Source: an uncultured Bacteroidota bacterium
Lineage (GTDB): Bacteria > Bacteroidota > Bacteroidia > Bacteroidales > UBA12077
DNA length: 51,758 nt
Assembly: GCA_913055895.1 (NCBI GenBank)
Contig: CAJXLE010000002.1
Location: 1-51,758, forward strand
Direction of reading: 5' to 3'
Part shown: one piece after another, positions 1 through 9,406 of the stretch
How the letters are laid out: each line of letters begins with the position of its first letter
Numbering within the stretch: the first letter of the stretch is position 1
The notes under the pieces: generated by a model
Databases searched by the model: none
The model's input: the letters and a program-made list of their open reading frames with translations, nothing else
Told to the model about the DNA's origin: nothing
Translations under genes and position numbers: made by a program

Positions 1-393
1 CTTGGCGGTCAAACGGCTCAGCCGGACGAGCTCATCACCATTGCTGCCCGTTCTCTCGGAATGGGCCATCAGCTCATCCGGGGTTTTGCGGGAATACCTG
101 CCCCGACCCCCGCAAATATAAAGTCCGAGGTCATGCGATATGGGGTTGACAGATCTCTTAAGGGCACCCATCACAGAAGTGGTGATACCCGAAGAGTGCC
201 AGTCCATTCCCATTGCAGCACCGAGCGACTGAAACCAGTGGGGATCGCTCAGTCGACTTAAAGCTGCGGCAGAACCGTATTCTGCCACGACAAATTCCAT
301 GATGGCTCTTCCCAGGCGCGACATGCGCTCGAAAAGCCAGGGAGGAACCCTACCGCTGTGAAGGGGCAGGTCGGCCTGCCCGGATCGCTTCAT
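1..393 (-). CDS. DUF763 family protein, N-terminal 131 codons (gene continues past the window start)
   Basis: Not in the ORF track because it runs off the edge. The minus-strand ATG is at 393-391. Translation MKRSGQADLPLHSGRVPPWLFERMSRLGRAIMEFVVAEYGSAAALSRLSDPHWFQSLGAAMGMDWHSSGITTSVMGALK stays open to position 1 and matches my memory of the conserved DUF763 N-terminus. The 61-261 plus-strand ORF is its shadow. Confidence 0.6.
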   Translation of the reverse strand, partial: MKRSGQADLPLHSGRVPPWLFERMSRLGRAIMEFVVAEYGSAAALSRLSDPHWFQSLGAAMGMDWHSSGITTSVMGALKRSVNPISHDLGLYICGGRGRYSRKTPDELMAHSERTGSNGDELVRLSRLTAK

Positions 394-594
394 AAATACC
401 TCCTGGTGTTTCTTTAAATGTTCCTTTAAAAATATACATTCCTGGCTTTTTAACAAACAATTTCCAATGGTACTTGTTTGTCTGACACCCGCATCAAAAG
501 CATACACCTATAAAACGTCCATGACCAAATGATCACTTATATCTCAAAATAGGATGATGGTTATTGATGGGATAGCTATATGCTCACGGAAAGT

Positions 595-664
595 TTCAAT
601 CAACATTTGATCCAATAAATCGCAAACAATTCAATCAACGTTTAATCAAATAAATCTCCACAAA
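595..664. repeat. Imperfect 35-bp tandem direct repeat (595-629 and 630-664)
   Basis: TTCAATCAACATTTGATCCAATAAATCGCAAACAA is followed directly by TTCAATCAACGTTTAATCAAATAAATCTCCACAAA. By hand alignment 28 of 35 positions are identical. The second copy ends on the A of the ATG at 664. Confidence 0.6.
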
Positions 665-1140
665 TGGAACATCAACGAACCCAGGAACCTTATCCCGCGA
701 AATGGAAGGAAAAACCATTTTTCGATCTTACAGTGGAACTTCTCAACAGCGTCCGCGACCACGATTTCGAGCGGCTGTCTCATATATGCGACGACGATTT
801 TGGCATTGTGGATATCAACCCCGAGGGCGGGTCGCAAATCATCAGAAACAGCCAGCAGTGGGAGGAATGGTTTCAGGGCCTCTTCACGGAGCTAAAAAAT
901 CGTGGTGCCGTCACCTGGTCGGAGATCACCCGTTACGAAGCTTTTCAGAAGGGGGAGATGGGTTACAGCGTGGTGGATTTCGACCAGATCTTCTTGGAGG
1001 GCAGCCAAAAGCTCAAGTTTCCCGTGCTGGCAACGATCATATGGAAGAAGGAAGGCAACGGATGGAGGGAATCGCGTTATCACAGTTCGCTGGTGGGATC
1101 TCCCCGGCCTGTTGAAGAGAAAAGGTTTGGAAAAAGATAA
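664..1140 (+). CDS. Hypothetical protein, possibly NTF2/SnoaL-like fold
   Basis: 158-aa ORF with an ATG start and no signal peptide. The small alpha+beta-type composition with conserved Trp/Phe (QQWEEWFQGLF, ATIIWKKEGNGWRESRYH) resembles SnoaL/DUF4440-like proteins. The fold assignment is tentative. Confidence 0.5.
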   Translation: MEHQRTQEPYPAKWKEKPFFDLTVELLNSVRDHDFERLSHICDDDFGIVDINPEGGSQIIRNSQQWEEWFQGLFTELKNRGAVTWSEITRYEAFQKGEMGYSVVDFDQIFLEGSQKLKFPVLATIIWKKEGNGWRESRYHSSLVGSPRPVEEKRFGKR

Positions 1141-1190
1141 TTTCTTTATATTTGCCACGTTGGATATTTTGTGGCATTCCAAACCCAATT

Positions 1191-3536
1191 ATGAAAAGCA
1201 GCAAGGCCAAAGGCAAATCCTCCAACCGAAAAAAGCAAGCCGGTAAAGCAGGCAGGCGCCCCATATCCCGAACACTCATACGTCTTGTCTACCTGCTCCT
1301 ATTGCTGATGATCGTGGCAACGGCCTACCTCGGTTACCAATTGAGCCAGGGAACATATGGCAGGATACCTGGCAGAGATGACCTGGAGGAGATCCGCCAG
1401 GCCCAGGCCACCGAGGTATACACCCGCTACGGGACCCTGATGGGCCGCTACTACTTTGAAAACCGCAACAACATCCGCTTTGGGCAAATACCGCCTCACC
1501 TCATCCAGGCCCTGGTGGCCACTGAAGATGCCCGCTTTTATGAGCACCACGGCATAGACACCCGCAGCCTCCTGCGGGTTTTCTTCAAAACCATATTGAT
1601 GGGGGACGAGAGCTCGGGAGGCGGCAGCACCATCAGTCAGCAGCTGGCCAAAAACCTGTTTCCCCGCCAGGGCGATGGTCACATAGCCCTCATAGGCAGT
1701 AAAATACGCGAGATGATCATTGCCTGGCGGCTGGAGGGCATCTATCCCAAGGAGCAGATCATACAGATGTACCTGAATACCGTTCCTTTCGGAGAAAACA
1801 CCTATGGGATAAAAAATGCCAGTCAGCTCTATTTCAATAAGCTTCCGGGCCAACTGACAGCCCAGCAGGGGGCAACGCTGGTGGGCATGCTGAAGGGAAC
1901 ATCTTTGTACAACCCCCACCGTCAACCGGAAAATGCCCGCAGGCGTCGCAATATTGTCCTGTCCCTGATGGCCCAGGAGGGTTATCTGCAGCCCCAACAG
2001 GCCCGTCAAATGATGGAAAAGCCGCTTGCCACCGACTACAGCCCGATCGATCACAACAACGGGCTGGCACCCTACCTGAGGGAGCACCTGCGACCACGGC
2101 TGGAGGAGTGGTGCAGCAACCATACCCGGCCCGACGGTAAACATTACAACCTGTATACCGACGGATTGCGTGTTTACACCACCATCGATGCCGATCTGCA
2201 GCGTTACGCCAACAAGGCAGTTCAAAAACACCTGCCCTGGCTGCAGGAACAGCTCAACCGCGAGCAGGAGAACGGAGGGGGTACGGGAAGGTCCGAACTG
2301 CTCAGGAAGATCATCTCGCGTATTCCGGCCTACAGTGCCTCTGCCCTTGACAATCCACGGGCACCGGTAAACCGTGAAAAAAAGATGGAGGTCTTCACCT
2401 GGGACGGTCCCCGGCAGGTGACCATGTCGCCGGCCGACTCCATCAGACATTGTATCTCGCTGCTGCAGACAGGTTTTGTGGCCATGGATCCCCACAACGG
2501 CAACATGCTGGCCTGGGTGGGAGGCATCGACCACCGCTTCTTCAAGTACGACCACGTCACCTCCAAAAGACAGGTCGGATCAACTTTCAAGCCCATCGTA
2601 TATGCCAGTGCCCTGCAAAGCGGTATTGGTCCTTGTGAATACTACCCCAACGACAGCATCGTCTATGAGCAATACGACAACTGGTCGCCTGCCAATGCCG
2701 ACAACAAATACGGCGGGCACTACTCGGTGGAGGGAGCCCTGGTAAATTCGGTCAACACCGTGTCGGTCCAGTTGCTGATGGAAAGCAGCATTGACTCGGC
2801 CATCCACCTGGCTGCACAGATGGGGCTGGATGGCAGGTTTCCGCGTGTGCCATCCCTGGCCCTGGGAACGGTGAACGCCTCTGTCCTGGATATGGCTGAA
2901 GCCTACTCTGCCTTTGCCTCCGGAGGCGTGCCCAGGGAAGCCCGCCTGCTCTACAAAATTGAAAACTCAGAAGGCGAAGTGCTGGAGACATTCAACGCCG
3001 CACCCGGCCAAGATCATGTGCTGAAAACCAAGACCTGTGAGCTCATCACCATGATGCTGCAGGGCGTTGTCGACAGGGGCACGGCCAGCTCCCTGAAAAA
3101 AAATTTCCGCTTCGGCGGCGACCTGGCCGGGAAAACCGGCACCACACAGAAACAGGCCGATGGCTGGTTTGTTGGTTACAACCCCAACCTGGTGGTAGCC
3201 AGCTGGGTGGGAGCCGATTATCCGGCCGTGCATTTCAACAGCCTGCCTTACGGGCAGGGAGCCTCGTCAGCCCTGCCCATCGCCGGTCACTTCCTGCATC
3301 AGCTGCAACAGGAACACCCCGGCACCAGCTACCTGACACGTTTTAAATACTCACAGGTCGACACCTCCCACTACCGCTGCAGCGACTACCGGGAAAAAGC
3401 ACCCGGCTTCATCGACAGGATTTTCAAGGCCCTGGAGCCCAAAAAAGACAACAAAAGGGAAAAGGACAACGAGGGTTTCTTCAAAAAGCTCCTCGACAAA
3501 CTGAAGAAGTTAAAAGAAAAAGACAACCAAAAATAA
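1191..3536 (+). CDS. mrcA: Penicillin-binding protein 1A (bifunctional glycosyltransferase/transpeptidase)
   Basis: GT51 motifs EDARFYEHHGID, GGSTISQQLAKN and RKIREM-like KIREM. Transpeptidase motifs STFKP (SxxK), SVN (SxN) and KTGTT. N-terminal TM helix. The track ORF starts at a TTG at 1152, but I prefer the ATG at 1191 (MKSSKAKGK...). Both termini are Lys-rich. Confidence 0.93.
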   Translation: MKSSKAKGKSSNRKKQAGKAGRRPISRTLIRLVYLLLLLMIVATAYLGYQLSQGTYGRIPGRDDLEEIRQAQATEVYTRYGTLMGRYYFENRNNIRFGQIPPHLIQALVATEDARFYEHHGIDTRSLLRVFFKTILMGDESSGGGSTISQQLAKNLFPRQGDGHIALIGSKIREMIIAWRLEGIYPKEQIIQMYLNTVPFGENTYGIKNASQLYFNKLPGQLTAQQGATLVGMLKGTSLYNPHRQPENARRRRNIVLSLMAQEGYLQPQQARQMMEKPLATDYSPIDHNNGLAPYLREHLRPRLEEWCSNHTRPDGKHYNLYTDGLRVYTTIDADLQRYANKAVQKHLPWLQEQLNREQENGGGTGRSELLRKIISRIPAYSASALDNPRAPVNREKKMEVFTWDGPRQVTMSPADSIRHCISLLQTGFVAMDPHNGNMLAWVGGIDHRFFKYDHVTSKRQVGSTFKPIVYASALQSGIGPCEYYPNDSIVYEQYDNWSPANADNKYGGHYSVEGALVNSVNTVSVQLLMESSIDSAIHLAAQMGLDGRFPRVPSLALGTVNASVLDMAEAYSAFASGGVPREARLLYKIENSEGEVLETFNAAPGQDHVLKTKTCELITMMLQGVVDRGTASSLKKNFRFGGDLAGKTGTTQKQADGWFVGYNPNLVVASWVGADYPAVHFNSLPYGQGASSALPIAGHFLHQLQQEHPGTSYLTRFKYSQVDTSHYRCSDYREKAPGFIDRIFKALEPKKDNKREKDNEGFFKKLLDKLKKLKEKDNQK

Positions 3537-3598
3537 ACCCTGCCCGGGGAAGACAATCAAACCCCATCAGAAACCACCATAAAACCAAGGAGGTCGAC

Positions 3599-6500
3599 AT
3601 GCATTTGAACAAAACCTTTTCAATGATCATGGTGGCAGCATACACTGTGCTGCTAACCCTTTTGGCATCCACATCATGGGGGCAGGACGAGCCTCCCCTG
3701 ATGCGGTATCCCGACATCCACAAGGATAAAGTCGTCTTTGTATCGGCAGGCGACATCTGGCTGGCCAACATCGATGGCAATTCGACAGCCAGGCGTCTGA
3801 CCAATCACGAGGGCCGGGAGCTGCATCCCAATTTCTCGCCGGATGGAAGCAAGATTGCCTTCACAGGCCAGTATGATGGCAATGCCGATGTTTACGTGAT
3901 GAACAGCGACGGATCCAACATCACCCGCCTCACTTTCCATCCCGGCTTCGATGAAGTAATTGGCTGGCATCCCAAGCAGAACAAGGTGCTTTTCAGTGCA
4001 CGGCGATCGACAGGAACAGGTATACCAACCAGCCGCCTGTACACCATCGGACCGGATGATCCCCATGCAGAGCCCCTTATCCTGGCTGAAGCGGCCAGGG
4101 GCAGCTATTCATCCGACGCCAGGCGGATCGCCTTTAACAAGACAGCACGTGAAGACCGCACCTGGAAAAGGTACCGTGGAGGAAGGGCCCAGGATGTTTA
4201 CCTTTACGACCTGGCAAAAAAGGAAGAACGACAGCTCACCAGTTTCGTTGGCACCGACCGGCTGCCCATGTGGCTTGGCGACAGGGTTTATTTTGCTTCC
4301 GACCGCGAGGGGCACCTCAACCTTTTCTCCATCGATCCGGCAGCTCAGGACCCCGAACCCACACAGCTCACCCGTCACCAGCGCTACGACGCCCGCCGGG
4401 TAAGTGCAGGCGTTCATAAGATCGTTTATGAACATGGCGGCGACATATGGTTTTACGACACGCGCAACGGGAAAAATGAAAAACTCAACATCCAGGCCGG
4501 TCCCGATGCACTGGCCGCCCGTCCGCGACTGGTCAATGTCAGCGATCACATCACCGGCATTGGCATCTCGCCACACGGCCAGCGGGCGCTGGTGGAAGCC
4601 AGGGGAGAGGTATTCACCGTGCCCCGTGAGCACGGGCCCATCCGAAACCTTACCCAATCATCGGGTTCGCGTGAGAAAGACCCGGCATGGTCGCCCGATG
4701 GTGAAAGGGTAGCCTACCTGTCGGATGCCAGCGGGGAGTACGAGATACACATCATCGATGCCAGGGGAAGGAAACAATCGGTTCAGCTAACCAAGCACGA
4801 ACAGGGCTACCGCCACACCCTGCGGTGGTCGCCCGACGGATCGAAGATTGCCTTTACCGACCAGAAACTGACCCTGTATTACCTGGACGTCTCCTCGCGG
4901 GAGATCACCAAAGTCGACAAGGCTCATTTTGAGTCGGTGGACGTACCCATCGACGAGAAACCCATCTACGATTTCAGATGGTCGCCCGACAGCCGTTACC
5001 TGACCTATTCGAAGATGACAAAAAAACAGCTCTTCCAGGTGTTCATATACAGCCTTGGCGAAGACAGGTCGTACAACGTCAGCCAGGGCCACTTTTCCGA
5101 TTTTCACCCCACATTCACCCCCGATGGCAACCACCTCTTGTTTGTTTCCAACCGCACGTTTGATCCTGTTTTCGGCGATTTTGAATGGGAGATGGTCTAC
5201 AAGGATGTGGCCAAAATCTACAGTATGGCACTCAAAAGAGAGGGCCAGCCCCTGCTGCCTTTCAGAAACAACCAGGCCGGCAACAGGTCTTCATCCAAAA
5301 GCCGCACAGAGTCACCGGCACAAGTTGAAATAGATTTCTCCGGCATCTCCCAAAGGGTGGAAGAGCTGCCCCTTCCTGCAGGCAACTATCGCCACCTGTC
5401 TGTCAATGAAGACCACCTGTATTACCTGGATAAAGAAAACGGGGATTTCAACCGTTTTGAATTCCGGGGCGTGAGCAAGATGAGCCTGCATGCTTTTAAC
5501 CTGGAGACCAGAGAACCGCAGCCGGTTATCGAGTCGATCAACGAATACAGCCTCTCCCGGGACGGCAGCCACATCGTATACAAGCGCGACAATTCCGTGG
5601 GCATCATCCCTGCGGGGCCAGCCAAGGCAAAAGAAAACAAGCTGGATCTCAGCGACCTGGAGATGCAGCTGGAGCCCCGAAAGGAATGGCGGCAAATCTT
5701 TCATGAAGCCTGGCGCATGGAGCGCGATTATTATTATGAGCCAGGCATGCACGGGGTCGACTGGGGGCAGATGCGCGAAAAATACGCACGGCTGCTTCCG
5801 CGTGCCTCCTCGCGCGATGATGTGGGATACCTCATTGGCGAGATGATCGGCGAGTTGAACACATCCCACACCTATGTCTACGGAGGTGAAAACATCCGGA
5901 AACCGGAATCTGTCGATGTTGGCATGCTTGGTGCCGATTACCGCCTTGATGAACCGTCCAACCGGTATCTTTTCAGCCGTATACTCCGCAAACCCAACTG
6001 GTCCAGGTCGGTGATGGCCCCCCTGGACCGCCCGGGCATGAATGTTGAAGAAGGCGACTACCTGCTGGCTGTCAATGGAGAAAAAGTCACCGGCGACCGC
6101 AACCTGTTCAGTTACTTCCAGGGACTGGCCGGTGAGCAGGTTGAACTGACCATCCACGATGAGCCCTCCATGGAGGGAGCCCGCACCATCACAACCAAAC
6201 CCCTCGAGGGTGAGCGCAGCCTTCGATACATCAACTGGGTGGAGCGCAACCGGGAAAAGGTGGACGAGCTTACCGATGGCAGGGTTGGCTATATCCATTT
6301 TCCCGACACCTATATGGGATCGGCCACCCACTTTCCTGAATATTTCTACAGCCAACTTCGAAAGGAGGGACTGATCATCGACGGCCGATTCAACGGAGGG
6401 GGTCTGGATCCCTACATCTTCCTGCAGCGGCTCGACACCAAGCCCCTGGCATACTGGACCCGCCGTTATTCGCACGACCAAACCATACCGGCCACCGCCG

Positions 6501-6889
6501 TCAATGCCCATATGGTGTGTCTGACCAATAAATATGCCGGATCAGGCGGCGACATGCTGCCTTTTGAATTCCGAGAAATGGACATGGGTCCCGTGATAGG
6601 AACCCGGACCTGGGGCGGGCTGGTTGGTGTATCGCAGTTCATTCCACTGGTCGACGGCGGCATGTTGACTGCACCCGATTACAGGATTTATGACCGGCAG
6701 GGGAACTGGATCATTGAAAACGAAGGGGTCCGTCCCGATATTCGGGTTGAACTGAATTCCAGCGAAATGTCCAAAGGCTGGGACGACCAGTTGCGCAAAG
6801 GCATCGAGGTGATCATGGAAAAGATCCGCGAGGATCCTGTCGGATGGCCCCAACATGATGACTACCCCGACGATCCACAAGCCAAATAA
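3599..6889 (+). CDS. Tricorn-type protease homologue (S41B family; beta-propellers + PDZ + peptidase)
   Basis: 1096 aa with a signal peptide (MHLNKTFSMIMVAAYTVLLTLLASTSWGQ). Repeated PD40/TolB-like motifs (FSPDGSKIAFTG, WSPDGERVAYLSD, WSPDGSKIAFTD, WSPDSRYLTYS, FTPDGNHLLFVSN). C-terminal S41-like region (GRVGYIHFPD, TNKYAGSGGDMLPFEF). AGGAGG lies 6 nt upstream of the ATG. Confidence 0.85.
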   Translation: MHLNKTFSMIMVAAYTVLLTLLASTSWGQDEPPLMRYPDIHKDKVVFVSAGDIWLANIDGNSTARRLTNHEGRELHPNFSPDGSKIAFTGQYDGNADVYVMNSDGSNITRLTFHPGFDEVIGWHPKQNKVLFSARRSTGTGIPTSRLYTIGPDDPHAEPLILAEAARGSYSSDARRIAFNKTAREDRTWKRYRGGRAQDVYLYDLAKKEERQLTSFVGTDRLPMWLGDRVYFASDREGHLNLFSIDPAAQDPEPTQLTRHQRYDARRVSAGVHKIVYEHGGDIWFYDTRNGKNEKLNIQAGPDALAARPRLVNVSDHITGIGISPHGQRALVEARGEVFTVPREHGPIRNLTQSSGSREKDPAWSPDGERVAYLSDASGEYEIHIIDARGRKQSVQLTKHEQGYRHTLRWSPDGSKIAFTDQKLTLYYLDVSSREITKVDKAHFESVDVPIDEKPIYDFRWSPDSRYLTYSKMTKKQLFQVFIYSLGEDRSYNVSQGHFSDFHPTFTPDGNHLLFVSNRTFDPVFGDFEWEMVYKDVAKIYSMALKREGQPLLPFRNNQAGNRSSSKSRTESPAQVEIDFSGISQRVEELPLPAGNYRHLSVNEDHLYYLDKENGDFNRFEFRGVSKMSLHAFNLETREPQPVIESINEYSLSRDGSHIVYKRDNSVGIIPAGPAKAKENKLDLSDLEMQLEPRKEWRQIFHEAWRMERDYYYEPGMHGVDWGQMREKYARLLPRASSRDDVGYLIGEMIGELNTSHTYVYGGENIRKPESVDVGMLGADYRLDEPSNRYLFSRILRKPNWSRSVMAPLDRPGMNVEEGDYLLAVNGEKVTGDRNLFSYFQGLAGEQVELTIHDEPSMEGARTITTKPLEGERSLRYINWVERNREKVDELTDGRVGYIHFPDTYMGSATHFPEYFYSQLRKEGLIIDGRFNGGGLDPYIFLQRLDTKPLAYWTRRYSHDQTIPATAVNAHMVCLTNKYAGSGGDMLPFEFREMDMGPVIGTRTWGGLVGVSQFIPLVDGGMLTAPDYRIYDRQGNWIIENEGVRPDIRVELNSSEMSKGWDDQLRKGIEVIMEKIREDPVGWPQHDDYPDDPQAK

Positions 6890-6912
6890 GAGAAAAATCA
6901 TCATTTGAAAAG

Positions 6913-6942
6913 GGCACAGGATAAATTCCTGTGCCTTTTTTT
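6913..6942 (+). terminator. Rho-independent terminator after the tricorn-type protease gene
   Basis: GGCACAGGA (6913-6921), loop TAAAT, TCCTGTGCC (6927-6935), then a T7 run. It starts 24 nt after the stop codon. Confidence 0.7.
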
Positions 6943-7139
6943 GTTAAACACCCGGCCGTTACATAACCAACCACCCCATCTGTCTGCGCCGGTTCAGCAA
7001 TATCTAAAACACATTGGTTTTTTTGAAATTTTAACAATTTTTTAATACCTTTCAAAGGATAGCAAAATAAAAATCAGCCCGCAGCCCTGGGGCTTCAAAT
7101 GACGGGCTCGTGATTGTATCATAACCTAAGCCAGATTTT

Positions 7140-7391
7140 ATGCAAAAACAATCTGAAGGCAACAAGCAAGGAACCAAGATGCGCATGAAGTTTTCTGAAC
7201 TTTTTGAGATCCACGAGAAAAAAATCCGACCGAAGGTAGAGGTGGAGCTCAGAGGGGTTCGGCTAAAGCCTGGGGAGACTTATGAGGACGCAAGCGAACT
7301 GACCGGCATCAACCTGTTGAGTCACCGCAAATGTTATTTTGACGTGGAAAGAAGAGATGGGGTATATGTTATACGCACCATTTATGACTAA
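7140..7391 (+). CDS. Hypothetical small protein (83 aa)
   Basis: ORF only, with no family recognised. It has charged, non-repetitive composition. Alternative starts at M14 or M16 (MRMKFSELF). Confidence 0.4.
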   Translation: MQKQSEGNKQGTKMRMKFSELFEIHEKKIRPKVEVELRGVRLKPGETYEDASELTGINLLSHRKCYFDVERRDGVYVIRTIYD

Positions 7392-7476
7392 GTGACGTGA
7401 ATGGCGTCATAAGGCCTTTCGCCAGAAATTCTTTCTGACGGAATACAGAATAACTATGTGCTGAAACCAACAATAA

Positions 7477-8103
7477 TCAGGTATCCGGATCATTCTCCAC
7501 CTGGTCCTTGATGCCTTCCACCAGGGCATGGGGTTCCCTTACAACAAAACGATTGATGATCCATGCTGGCAAAGAACCTCCCGGATCGGCATACCCCTGA
7601 AGTGAAAGTTTTGTTCCCTGCCCAGGCTGTTTGACCAGCAACCACCTTTCCGAAAATTCCCGTATGCGCACCACCCCGTCTTTCGGCTCAACCAGATCTG
7701 TGGCCGGCGAAGATCTCAAAACAATCGTATCCCGGCCTACCTCCATGTCCATGCGGTTGATGAAATCGCGGTCGCTGAATGGCCAGGGCAGATCAAAAAG
7801 CATATAAACCAGCACTTTCTCCCCGGGTTTTCTCTGCAAAATACGTATTTTTTCCACTGTATCCAGATATTTCCTGTTGCCCTGAAAGTCGACAACCTGC
7901 TGGTAGACTTTTTTAAGGTCGCCTTTGATGGTGGTTTCAATGCGATAGGCCAGTATGGGACTTTCTTTCTGATGGGCAGTGTATATGCGGATGCCTTCCT
8001 TCTGTTTAACAAGTCTCCACTCGTCCGGAGAAACCTGTTGTGCAGTTATATTTTGTATTCCGGCTAAAACGATAACAATACAAAGCAAAACCAACTTTCT
8101 CAT
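7477..8103 (-). CDS. START/SRPBCC lipid-binding domain protein, secreted
   Basis: Signal peptide MRKLVLLCIVIVLAGIQNITAQ. About 200 aa with a START-like pattern (WRLVKQKEGIRIYT ... DLPWPFSDRDF ... GGSLPAWIINRF). Confidence 0.65.
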   Translation of the reverse strand: MRKLVLLCIVIVLAGIQNITAQQVSPDEWRLVKQKEGIRIYTAHQKESPILAYRIETTIKGDLKKVYQQVVDFQGNRKYLDTVEKIRILQRKPGEKVLVYMLFDLPWPFSDRDFINRMDMEVGRDTIVLRSSPATDLVEPKDGVVRIREFSERWLLVKQPGQGTKLSLQGYADPGGSLPAWIINRFVVREPHALVEGIKDQVENDPDT

Positions 8104-8257
8104 AACTGTTGTTTTACCATCCTAACAACAGAAGATAAAGAATGTTAAAACCGGAATATAAAACCTAAATCCTTGATGGAATAAATAAGGAGAGGCAGGA
8201 TACACCAAAATCAAGGTCGATCCACCCCAACAGGTAAGCAATAGAGAAAAGCAGTGG

Positions 8258-8449
8258 TTACTCCTCAGAGGATGCCTGAAAGAATACCAGCTCACCCTCT
8301 AAAAACTCATAACTGATCTCCACTGCATTGCAACATACCTCACAATCTTCGTAATATACCTGCCTGGGGACAGAAGGATCCAGCAAGACGGAGATCTCTG
8401 CCCTGCAATAAGGACACTGAAACTTATGAGCCTTCAATTCAAAATCCAT
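8258..8449 (-). CDS. CPXCG motif-containing cysteine-rich (putative zinc-binding) protein
   Basis: 63 aa with CPYC...(24 aa)...CEVCC spacing, typical of the CPXCG small-protein family. Confidence 0.75.
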   Translation of the reverse strand: MDFELKAHKFQCPYCRAEISVLLDPSVPRQVYYEDCEVCCNAVEISYEFLEGELVFFQASSEE

Positions 8450-8741
8450 ACCGCCACATTTTACAGGTTGATCTTACAAGATACAACTTTTTTTCACTCA
8501 TAGAAACAACCAATACAAATCATTCAAAAAACAGTAGTTATGGTTTTTTTGGATCGGTGAATTTGTTTCACCAGCAAGGTGATCATTTACCCACAAGGCT
8601 TTTAAGGGTCAGGAAAATCAAGGTACAGGTACTTTTGTATAAGTTGTTGACATACAACAAAATAACCTTAAAGCCGTTGAGTTTAATCAATCAAATTCAA
8701 ACTTTTTACCGGAAATATTGTTTTTAATCAAGAATATAGTG

Positions 8742-8749
8742 TAAATTTG
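8742..8749 (+). promoter_or_regulatory. Candidate Bacteroidota-type -7 promoter box for the cold-shock gene
   Basis: TAAATTTG is an exact match to the published TAnnTTTG -7 consensus, 34 nt upstream of the ATG. ATTG lies about 22 nt further upstream as a weak -33 (TTTG) element. Confidence 0.3.
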
Positions 8750-8782
8750 TATGCGAAATAAAATCAATAATTATCATTTTTT

Positions 8783-8974
8783 ATGAAAGAAGGCAAAGTA
8801 AAATTTTTTAATGAATCCAGAGGATTCGGATTCATTAAGGACAAAGAATCAGACGAAGAGTACTTCGTACACGTCTCAGGTTTGGTTGACAACATTGAGG
8901 AAGACGATGAAGTAACCTTCGAGCTCAAAGAAGGAAGAAAAGGCATGAATGCTGTCAATGTTAAACGAGTATAG
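8783..8974 (+). CDS. Cold-shock protein (CspA family)
   Basis: 63 aa. GKVKFFNESRGFGFI (RNP-1-like) and EYFVHVSGL (RNP-2-like). Confidence 0.95.
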   Translation: MKEGKVKFFNESRGFGFIKDKESDEEYFVHVSGLVDNIEEDDEVTFELKEGRKGMNAVNVKRV

Positions 8975-9018
8975 ATAGAACTCAGTTTAAGGTTTAACAG
9001 AATCTTACTATTCCTTGT

Positions 9019-9049
9019 CCCCCGCCGATGGCGGGGGGCTTTTTATTTT
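9019..9049 (+). terminator. Rho-independent terminator after the cold-shock gene
   Basis: CCCCCGCC (9019-9026) pairs with GGCGGGGG (9030-9037), followed by CTTTTTATTTT. Confidence 0.8.
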
Positions 9050-9406
9050 CAGAAGGTATAGCTTACAAAGGCCACTTGCCGGCTGTCGGTCGACCATGAG
9101 GGAACATTTATGGTGCCCTGTCCGCTGTAAACGAAGGTCAGGACCTCCCGTTCACGGCTCAGGTTGTCAACAGGCAGCATACTGGGATGGGAGACCATGG
9201 TCGTTGTTAAGCGACACGGCAAAACCGGTTTCAATCTCCTCAGGCCGGCCACCGTCCAGGCGGCAGACTGCCTTTTCACTCATGCTTGAATCATGCGAGC
9301 ACATGAAAATCCCCGGGAAAGGATCCCTGTCCATCTCCAGGTGCAGGGTGTCGCTGTAAGTCATGGGCTGTCCGTCTGCGGCGGCGCCTACCACAAAACG
9401 GTTGCC
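9049..9406 (-). pseudogene. Decayed 3' remnant of a beta-propeller (PD40/TolB-like) protein gene
   Basis: Two overlapping minus-strand ORFs in different frames (9167-9394 and 9049-9279) read through as ...[41 protein letters not shown]...NNDHG / [47 protein letters not shown]. The end looks like a terminal PD40 repeat. An in-frame TAA at 9407-9409 closes the frame upstream, and there is no credible start or N-terminal part. Confidence 0.4.

Noticed and set aside
8751-8786. 11-codon upstream ORF whose TGA overlaps the csp ATG (ATGA), considered as a translationally coupled leader peptide.
   Set aside because: Its ATG lies immediately after the best -7 promoter box (8742-8749), so it is probably not fully on the transcript. 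The peptide (MRNKINNYHFL) is AT-rich noise-like. I cannot resolve this without 5'-end data.
9015-9359. 114-aa plus-strand ORF downstream of the cold-shock gene.
   Set aside because: It begins with a TTG inside the csp terminator stem, has Arg/Ser/Pro/Cys-rich junk composition, and lies opposite the more protein-like PD40-type remnant.
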